From NCBI GenBank assembly GCA_027487055.1, contig JAIYEJ010000239.1:1-37545 (forward strand): DNA of 37,545 nucleotides, read 5' to 3'. Shown one piece after another: positions 20,159 to 27,014 of this stretch. The translations under genes and the position numbers were made by a program. The stretch is from Methylotenera sp. Its GTDB lineage: Bacteria > Pseudomonadota > Gammaproteobacteria > Burkholderiales > Methylophilaceae. Position 1 is the first letter of the stretch. Each line of letters begins with the position of its first letter. The notes under the pieces were generated by a model. That model had not been told where the DNA came from. It did not search any database and worked only from the letters and a program-made list of their open reading frames with translations.

Positions 20159-20832
20159 ATAAAAAAATCACTGGCTTTGCGCTGGTGAGCGATGAAGACA
20201 AAGCAAAAGCGGCAGAGGCAAAAGAGAACCAAAAAGTGGTGCAACTTGGCGAGCCGCTAGACCGCCCAGAGAAAATCACGGGCAGCACTTATAAAGTTAA
20301 AACTCCAGTCACCGAGCATGCGCTTTACATTACTATTAACGATGTGGTGATGAACGTGGGTACACCGCAAGAGCACCGCCGCCCGTTTGAGATTTTTATA
20401 AACTCTAAAAATATGGACCACTTTCAGTGGATTGTGGCCTTAACGCGCGTGATGTCTGCGGTGTTTCGCAAGGGTGGCGATGTGACCTTTTTGGTGGAAG
20501 AGCTTAAAAGTGTGTTTGAGCCAAGTGGCGGCTACTTTAAAAAAGGCGGCCGTTTTGTGCCAAGTTTAGTGGCTGAGATTGGCGAAGTAGTCGAGCAGCA
20601 TCTGCAAGAAATTGGCATGCTTAAAAAACCAGGACTAGATGAGCACCAACAAAAATTGGTGGCAGAAAAAAAAGCGGAATACCTAGAAAAACATGCTAAA
20701 ACAAACGAAGAAATGAACGATGAAGGCTACCCAAAAAGCGCTAGCCTTTGCAAAAAGTGCAACACCAAAGCCAGCATTATTATGGATGGGTGTTTGACGT
20801 GTTTGAATTGTGGTGAGAGTAAGTGTGGGTAA
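20143..20832 (+). CDS. nrdJb: Class II ribonucleotide reductase small chain (TSCPD domain with C-terminal Cys cluster)
   Basis: GSTYKVKTP, ALYITIND, RPFEIFINSK; C-terminal CKKC...DGCLTCLNCGESKCG; AGGAGAG RBS. Confidence 0.92.
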   Translation: MAVKIDKKITGFALVSDEDKAKAAEAKENQKVVQLGEPLDRPEKITGSTYKVKTPVTEHALYITINDVVMNVGTPQEHRRPFEIFINSKNMDHFQWIVALTRVMSAVFRKGGDVTFLVEELKSVFEPSGGYFKKGGRFVPSLVAEIGEVVEQHLQEIGMLKKPGLDEHQQKLVAEKKAEYLEKHAKTNEEMNDEGYPKSASLCKKCNTKASIIMDGCLTCLNCGESKCG

Positions 20833-20866
20833 AGGTAGTTTAGCTTTCTTATGTGGGTTACACCTT

Positions 20867-21048
20867 TAGTTGCAACTACGGGCACCATAGTTGCAACTAA
20901 ATTACTGTAACTTTAAGCAACCATGTTGCAGTAGTAAATAGAAATTGGTTGTAGAAAACCACAATTAGGTTTTAAACAACCATCTCTACTTTTCTTCAAT
21001 TACCAGTCCAATAAAATCAATGCCTTACAGCTTGGCACAGTGTTTGCT
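20867..21048 (+). promoter_or_regulatory. Sigma54 promoter with IHF site and tandem palindromic upstream sites
   Basis: TGGCAC-AGTGT-TTGCT at 21033-21048; IHF consensus AATCAA-TGCC-TTA at 21015-21027; perfect palindrome TAGTTGCAACTA at 20867-20878 and 20888-20899. Confidence 0.75.
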
Positions 21049-21106
21049 ATATATAAACTAAAATATAGTGATTCTTCAAATAATTCGTAGTAACCGGATT
21101 AAATAG

Positions 21107-21706
21107 ATGATAAATAAATTCAAAACCTTCTTGTTCTCTTTGTTGCTATTCTTCGCTTTATTGCTATTAGTTTATCAGTACATCTTTATTCCCGATTTAG
21201 AAGAAGCCGATTCTGCTTATGAGAATAGTCAATATAATAAAGCAGCTAAACTAAATACTCTGTCTGCGAATCAAGCGAATGCAAGTGCTGAAAACAACCT
21301 AGGCCTGATGCATGACACAGATCAAGGCGTTGCACAGGACTATAATAAACCAGCTGAACTATATCCTCTGGCTGCGAATCAAGCGGATGCAAGTGCTGAA
21401 AACAACCTAGGCCTGATGCATGACACAGATCAAGGCGTTGCGCAGGACTATAATAAAGCAGCTGAACTATATACTCTGGCTGCGAATCAAGGGGATGCAA
21501 GCGCTCAAAACAACCTAGGCATGATGTATAGCAATGGTATAGGCGTTGCGCAGGACTATCATAAAGCAGCTGAACTATTTACTCTGGCTGCGAATCAAGG
21601 TGATGCAAGCGCTCTAAACAACCTAGGCATGATCTATAGCAATGGTATAGGCGTTGCGCAGGACTTTAATAAAGCAGCTGAACTATATACTCTAACCGCC
21701 AATTAG
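21107..21706 (+). CDS. Membrane-anchored Sel1-like repeat protein
   Basis: N-terminal TM; repeats of A(E/Q)NNLGxMxxxxxGVAQDYNKAAELYTLAANQGDAS. Confidence 0.88.
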   Translation: MINKFKTFLFSLLLFFALLLLVYQYIFIPDLEEADSAYENSQYNKAAKLNTLSANQANASAENNLGLMHDTDQGVAQDYNKPAELYPLAANQADASAENNLGLMHDTDQGVAQDYNKAAELYTLAANQGDASAQNNLGMMYSNGIGVAQDYHKAAELFTLAANQGDASALNNLGMIYSNGIGVAQDFNKAAELYTLTAN

Positions 21707-21735
21707 GTGGGTGCCAGCGCTCAATACGGTCTATC
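21233..21735 (+). repeat. 108-bp intragenic tandem repeats (about 4.6 units) encoding the Sel1 repeats
   Basis: Units start at 21233, 21341, 21449, 21557 and 21665. Units 1/2 and 3/4 are near-identical pairs; the last unit runs past the TAG. Confidence 0.9.
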
Positions 21736-21746
21736 TAGACATTTGA

Positions 21747-22094
21747 TCAATCAATTTTAGAGTTATTTTCAGCTTCAGCTAAATTATTAAACATTGGTAT
21801 CAAAGCATTAATGTTAGTAGTTTCTAATGTTTTTTTAACATGGGCGTTGTCGCCAACAAAAAGAGTCATGCGCCCGCCACGCTTTTGCAACGCTTTTGCG
21901 TTAGCAATTAACTCCCGTATACCCATTGATGCCAAAAATTCAACCGCATGTAAGTCAACCACTACACTGCGTTTAGCTGTTGAAGCAAGTGAAGTGAATT
22001 TAATTGCGATTGCTTCAGTACCTTGAATATCTAACCGACCGTTAATAGTAATTCGGCGTAAGTTTTCGTCTATATCTATAAAATCGATTGACAT
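21747..22094 (-). CDS. STAS-domain anti-sigma-factor antagonist
   Basis: INGRLDI, VVVDLHAVEFLASMGIREL (phosphorylatable Ser motif). Confidence 0.85.
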   Translation of the reverse strand: MSIDFIDIDENLRRITINGRLDIQGTEAIAIKFTSLASTAKRSVVVDLHAVEFLASMGIRELIANAKALQKRGGRMTLFVGDNAHVKKTLETTNINALIPMFNNLAEAENNSKID

Positions 22095-22371
22095 AATATT
22101 TTGATTACCTTTTTTAGTGCTAATGTAGTTGATTGAAGAAATATTTTATAAATTATATTTAAATTTACTTAATACAAATTTTCATCCTGCCACCATTTTT
22201 ATGGTTGCTGATATATACGAGCTAAATTATTGTATTAGCTTTTATATTCACTTTTCTATTATTAATCTTTTATCAAGTTTATGTTACAAATTGATGACAA
22301 TCTGGTTAAACAGGCCGATTGAACAACCTTTACTCTAAGCTTAAAAAATTAACTTAACGCTAAAACACGCA

Positions 22372-22456
22372 TATTTTCATGCGACCGATAATTAATACTC
22401 TTTAAGCCAATACCAAAGCATCTGATTTGATGTTATTAAATTTAACTGATATTTTT
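22372..22456 (+). repeat. Dispersed intergenic repeat copy A (core inverted, right arm missing)
   Basis: tattttcatgcgaccgataattaatactctttaagcc-AATACCAAAG-catctgatttgatgttattaaatttaactgatattttt; 22417-22456 matches 32498-32537 at 36/40. Confidence 0.7.
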
Positions 22457-22505
22457 AAAAAGTGTAACCCGCCCAACACGCGCTATGATTTAAAACTAAC
22501 GTATG

Positions 22506-22796
22506 CTAGTTAGTATGATGGTGCTCATGCTTGCTTTTTTTGCCACCTTTTTTGTGATGATGTTCATGCTCATCCGCATGGCCATCGTTGCCGTGATGAT
22601 GTTCGTGCTCATCCGCATGGCCATCGTTGCCGTGGTGGTGCTCGTGCTCATCAGCGTGGCCATCTTTGCCATGATGATGCTCATGTTCATCCATATGACC
22701 ATCACTGAATTTCTCTTCAGCAAGAAGAGGAGTAGTGCTAGACAAATAGAAAAAACTCACCAAAATCGCGGAAATTACTTTTATATTTATCACCAT
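22506..22796 (-). CDS. Secreted His-rich repeat protein (putative metal binder)
   Basis: GAGGAG RBS; predicted 26-aa signal peptide; four DGH(A/M)DEHEHHH units; 24 His in about 70 mature residues. Confidence 0.75.
   Translation of the reverse strand: MVINIKVISAILVSFFYLSSTTPLLAEEKFSDGHMDEHEHHHGKDGHADEHEHHHGNDGHADEHEHHHGNDGHADEHEHHHKKGGKKSKHEHHHTN
22554..22703. repeat. 39-bp tandem repeats encoding the 13-aa His-rich unit
   Basis: Units start at 22554, 22593, 22632 and 22671 on the + strand. Confidence 0.9.
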
Positions 22797-22865
22797 TTAT
22801 TAACTCCTCATTAAAGTTTGCAAATTAATTTTAATTTCAAAGATATTTTTAAGCAATCAGTTATT

Positions 22866-22945
22866 ATTCACATGCAAGCAAAAAACAATACTCTGGAAAC
22901 CGCATTGGGCATCCCTCATAGAGCATCTATTTTGATGTTGTTTAA
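22866..22945 (+). repeat. Dispersed intergenic repeat copy B
   Basis: atgcaagcaaaaaacaatac-tctggaaacc-GCATTGGGCAT-ccctcataga-gcatctattttgatgttg. Confidence 0.7.
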
Positions 22946-23095
22946 AAAAGTATGTCTAAGGTGGGCTTGCAACGCAATCTGCCATATAAAACTCTGGCAG
23001 TTACCATTACTCTAAAAGCTTCTTTGCAGATGCTCAGAGGATAATGCAAGCTTAGCATGCTATGCTATTGGCTTTATTATTTCAAAGCGCGCTTC

Positions 23096-24865
23096 ATGAC
23101 GACTCAAGCCAACCCAAGCAACGAAACTTTTATCCCCAGTAAGGATGCTTCTTTAGAAGCTTCCATCCGCACTTTGCAAGGCAAATTAGAAGCGCTGGGC
23201 ATTGAAGTAGAAGAAAAATCATGGCTCAATGAGATTGAAGGTATTTGGTCTGTGCACGTGATTGACCGCGATTGCACAAGGATTTTTACAAACGGCAAAG
23301 GTGCATCGCAACTGGCGGCGCGTGCGAGTGCGCTGGGTGAGTATTTTGAGCGCCTGAGCACTAATTATTTTTGGACACATTTTTACCTAGGCGAAACCTT
23401 AGCCAATAGCGATTATGTGCACTACCCTTACGAAAAATGGTTTCCGCTCAACACAGGTAAAAAGGCGAAAGAATGGCCAAGTGGTTTGCTGACCCCTGAA
23501 TTGCAAGCTTTTTACAACCCAGAAGCTACCGCCGTTGCCAGCCAACTCATCGACCTCAACTCAGGTAATCGTGAGCGCGGTATTTGCGCGATTCCTTACA
23601 AACGCTTGCGCGACGACCAAACCGTGTTTTTTCCTGTGAATTTAATCGGCAATTTATATGTAAGCAACGGCATGAGTGCGGGCAACACCTTGATGGAAGC
23701 ACGCACCCAGGCCTTGGCAGAAATTTTTGAACGCGATATTAAATACAAAATAATTCGCGCAGGTATTTGCTTGCCAGACGTGCCAGAAGCCGTGATTAAC
23801 CGCTACCCGCGCATTGCCGCAGGCATTAAAGGTTTGCGAGATGCGGGCTACGGAATTTTGGTGAAAGACGCTTCACTGGGTGGCCAATATCCTGTGATGA
23901 ATGTAACATTGCTGCACCCAGAAGACCAAGGCTGTTTTGCGAGCTTTGGCGCACATCCGCGCTTTGAAGTGGCTCTAGAACGTGCGCTGACAGAGTTGCT
24001 ACAAGGTCGCGCTTTGGGAAGTTTAAAAGGTTTTGTCGCGCCCGGTTTTGATATGGAAGAGATCGCTGACTCACAAAATTTAGAAATCCATTTTGTGGAT
24101 TCTAGCGGCGTGATAAGTTGGGACTTTTTACGCAGTACGCCAGATTACGACTTTGTGGATTGGAACTTTGGTACAACAACTGAAGAAGATTACAACTGGT
24201 GTGTGAACACTATTCACAATAGCGGTCACGATATGTACATTGCCGATTTTACTCATTTGGGCGTATATGCCTGCCGCATTTTTGTGCCAGGCATGAGCGA
24301 GATTTACCCCGTAGAAGAATTAGAATGGGAAAACAACACCGTGGGCAACAGAGTGCGCCCGTTTGCTTTGCGTTTGCAAGATTTAACACAAGATGAATCA
24401 GCTGACCTATTAGAAACCTTGCTTGATTTAGATTTAGCGGACGAACTCCCCGTGACCACGCTGATTGGCCTGTGTGCTGACGCAGGCTCAACATGGGTGG
24501 ATTTACGTGTTGGCGAACTTAAAACGCTGGCAGCTTTGGCAGTTGGTGCCACGGATGACATTTTGGATGGTTGTGCTTGGATAGCCCAATTTAACGAACT
24601 ACCACCCCTGCGTGCGACGCTTTATCGCTGTATCTCCAACCTTGTGCAAATTAAAGAAGACTTAGAAAATGGCAAAGTAGAAAACTTTACCGCCAACTTA
24701 GCGTTGATGTACGGTAAAGATACCTTAGCGCTTGCTTTAAATATTGTAAATGGCCATGAGCAATATGTGGGCTTGGAAAATTTAGGTAAAAATATGGAAA
24801 GTAGCAAAATGCATCAGCAGTTACTCGCGGCCTATGCAAAAGTGCGTAAACAGCACTTAATGTAA
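23096..24865 (+). CDS. ycaO: YcaO family protein (E. coli-type, S12 methylthiolation accessory factor)
   Basis: TFIPSKDASLEASI, FTNGKGA, ALGEYFERLSTNYF, LYVSNGMSAGNT, ALERALTELLQGR, VPGMSEIYP. Start placed at MTTQAN. Confidence 0.9.
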   Translation: MTTQANPSNETFIPSKDASLEASIRTLQGKLEALGIEVEEKSWLNEIEGIWSVHVIDRDCTRIFTNGKGASQLAARASALGEYFERLSTNYFWTHFYLGETLANSDYVHYPYEKWFPLNTGKKAKEWPSGLLTPELQAFYNPEATAVASQLIDLNSGNRERGICAIPYKRLRDDQTVFFPVNLIGNLYVSNGMSAGNTLMEARTQALAEIFERDIKYKIIRAGICLPDVPEAVINRYPRIAAGIKGLRDAGYGILVKDASLGGQYPVMNVTLLHPEDQGCFASFGAHPRFEVALERALTELLQGRALGSLKGFVAPGFDMEEIADSQNLEIHFVDSSGVISWDFLRSTPDYDFVDWNFGTTTEEDYNWCVNTIHNSGHDMYIADFTHLGVYACRIFVPGMSEIYPVEELEWENNTVGNRVRPFALRLQDLTQDESADLLETLLDLDLADELPVTTLIGLCADAGSTWVDLRVGELKTLAALAVGATDDILDGCAWIAQFNELPPLRATLYRCISNLVQIKEDLENGKVENFTANLALMYGKDTLALALNIVNGHEQYVGLENLGKNMESSKMHQQLLAAYAKVRKQHLM

Positions 24866-24961
24866 CAGCTCTTGCGTTAATAAATCGCAATTATTTAGCT
24901 ATAAAATACTTAAAAGATTTTACTTATTAAAATGCGTTAAGTTTTGATTTTGGAGTCTATT

Positions 24962-25144
24962 TTATAGAATCCCAATGACCTTAAGATATTCCTCTAGCGT
25001 CAGTGTAAGCTGCTCAAGTGAGTTGTTCACTTCATCTAAATGAGCGTTTGAATCTAGGTGCAGCTTTTCTAGCAGCGCTTTGTGTTTTTCAATCGCGTCT
25101 ACGTGCGCATCAAATTTAGTGTTTTTTAATGCATGTTCTGTCAT
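24962..25144 (-). CDS. Small hypothetical helical protein (60 aa)
   Basis: AAGGGAGA RBS; co-oriented downstream of the DUF3617 gene. Confidence 0.6.
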   Translation of the reverse strand: MTEHALKNTKFDAHVDAIEKHKALLEKLHLDSNAHLDEVNNSLEQLTLTLEEYLKVIGIL

Positions 25145-25170
25145 ACAAATCTCCCTTTAGTTTAGGACTG

Positions 25171-25695
25171 CTATAACGGTTTTACTAAGCCACAACTTGC
25201 ATTTAACCATTTACCGCTAATATCTGCTTTTTCGTTTACTGCAATGCCTTGAGCTTGCCCAATAAAGTTGGTTTGCCCTGTAAAAGCCTCTGGGTTTGTA
25301 ATGTTTCCCGTTGCGGTACCGTTGCCTTTAAGAGTGTCGCTGGCGCATACAAAATCTACCTTGTAGTTGTTGCCATCTCGGCTTGATTGTTTAGAAGTAC
25401 AAGCTAATTGCGATTTGTAAAAATTAGGTAACGTTTTTTGGGCAGCCATTTCTTGCGTAATGCACGCTTGCGAGATTGCCGCGCCATTTTCAATTTGCGG
25501 CAATTCAAAGCCGTATTCGTTGGCTAACTCTTTAATATTTTTCATCTGCTCTGGTGGCACGTGCGGCGCCAGCCGCAATAAATCAGATGAGGTGGTGATT
25601 TGCCATAAGCCTGCGCGCAGGTTATTTTCTGCGGCATTTTCTGCAAATGCGAATAACGGAGCGATTAAAGTTAAACCCATTAGAAATCTACGCAT
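25171..25695 (-). CDS. DUF3617 family secreted protein
   Basis: Signal peptide; GLWQIT N-terminal motif, spaced Cys residues, GKWLNASC C-terminus. Confidence 0.75.
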   Translation of the reverse strand: MRRFLMGLTLIAPLFAFAENAAENNLRAGLWQITTSSDLLRLAPHVPPEQMKNIKELANEYGFELPQIENGAAISQACITQEMAAQKTLPNFYKSQLACTSKQSSRDGNNYKVDFVCASDTLKGNGTATGNITNPEAFTGQTNFIGQAQGIAVNEKADISGKWLNASCGLVKPL

Positions 25696-25945
25696 TGAAT
25701 CTCATCACCAGTTTATACCTATATATTTTATTTTAGAGGTAATTTTTTTTGCTAAGTTCATAAAAACAGATCAGTAAATAAACAATTCAGTTATTTAAAT
25801 AATTCAAATCGTTGAGTATGCCATTTAGCGGATTCTTTTAAAACCAAAACATCCCAATTTTCCCCCCTGCTTTTGCCGTTAAGCATTTCAATTATCAAAT
25901 TGGCATATCATGAGCGGGTGCGCCATACAAGTTGTAAACCGTGCG

Positions 25946-26021
25946 TATTTTAACCAGAGAAAAAATCAATGACCTGGCAGCCGCAATGGTATTGCCTCGA
26001 AGAGCATCGGTTTTGATGTTG
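25946..26021 (+). repeat. Dispersed intergenic repeat copy C
   Basis: tattttaaccagagaaaaaatcaatga-cctggcagcc-GCAATGGTATT-gcctcgaaga-gcatcggttttgatgttg. Confidence 0.7.
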
Positions 26022-26066
26022 TGTGATAAACACACTAAATTAATGGTTAACAACAGTTAAAAATTA

Positions 26067-26924
26067 CTATTTTTTTAATGCTGAAAAATACTCAATATAA
26101 TCTTGTGCCCATTGTTGTGCGTGTTGTTTTTGGCTGGCGCTGGTGGTTTCATGAAGTTTTGAAATGATTTCGCAACTCAGTGTAGCGATATTGTCAGCAT
26201 AGTTTTGATAGATGGAATTTGGGCTGCGTTGTAATCGCTCGAAACCTGCCTTAACCAGCGATGATTTTTCTGGCACAGATAAAGCATGACTTTGTAGTTG
26301 CGTTAGAATTTCCACAGTATCTTGGTTGCGACGTAGTATTTCTGCATAGGTAATAGCAGGATTAATAGCTGCTAACTTAAGGTTGTTTTTCAATAGTGCC
26401 AACTGCGAGTCATTTAAATCGCCATAAACTTTTTCAGCAAAATCTACAGTTTTATCAAAACGTATTGCTAGTTGCTCTTCTGCACTGTCTTGTAGCCATT
26501 CAGATTTCCACTTATCTGTGCGCTTGGTGAGTTTTTTCTGAAAAAATTGCAGCTGCTGCTCGCTTAACGTTGGCGCTAATTCAACGACGATAGGAACAGA
26601 CTCCAGTTGTAGTGTGAGTAAACTCGTTTTAATAACCTCAATTTTTTGGCATGCTTCATCGGGCTTGATCTGTTGTTTGCTCAAATCAGTTTGTATCTCT
26701 TCTAGAAGGTTTACGTAGCCGCTTAATTGATTATCTCGATGCCAATCGTGCAGGCGATGTAATGCTTGGTTCAAAACTTGTGTTTGCGCTTTAGTAAAAT
26801 CAAAATAGCTATCAAGCCACCAGCTGGTAAGCTCTGGCGCATTGTTGTATAACGTTTTAATCAAGCCACAACTATTGATTAAGCAGGCTAAAAAAATAAT
26901 TAAAATAAGCTTAACAAAACGCAT
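26067..26924 (-). CDS. Lipoprotein, DUF6279-like
   Basis: Lipobox INSC; YNNAPELTSWWLDSYFDF; LHDWHR. Confidence 0.7.
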   Translation of the reverse strand: MRFVKLILIIFLACLINSCGLIKTLYNNAPELTSWWLDSYFDFTKAQTQVLNQALHRLHDWHRDNQLSGYVNLLEEIQTDLSKQQIKPDEACQKIEVIKTSLLTLQLESVPIVVELAPTLSEQQLQFFQKKLTKRTDKWKSEWLQDSAEEQLAIRFDKTVDFAEKVYGDLNDSQLALLKNNLKLAAINPAITYAEILRRNQDTVEILTQLQSHALSVPEKSSLVKAGFERLQRSPNSIYQNYADNIATLSCEIISKLHETTSASQKQHAQQWAQDYIEYFSALKK

Positions 26925-27014
26925 GCAAATATGACCAGCTTATTGCTTATTAGTTTAGCCATAGCAGTAATAGAAAGAACTGGGTCAAAAATAATCGCGT
27001 TAATTAATGTCTAT

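Noticed and set aside
22129-22338. 69-aa ORF
   Set aside because: TTG start, no RBS, AT-rich low-complexity translation; probably non-coding.
21233-22703. Tandem repeats as a CRISPR array or DGR template/variable pair
   Set aside because: The units are in-frame coding repeats with no unique spacers, and there is no cas or reverse transcriptase gene in the window.
22503-22814. 103-aa hydrophobic ORF on the + strand, and the 22496-22723 minus-strand ORF
   Set aside because: Shadow frames of the His-rich repeat gene, which has the RBS and signal peptide.
22968-22984. Minus-strand sigma54-like site upstream of the His-rich gene
   Set aside because: The GG-to-GC spacing is one base too long, and sigma54 spacing is strict.
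22818-23015. 65-aa ORF
   Set aside because: It spans repeat copy B and a promoter region, with no RBS or recognisable motif.
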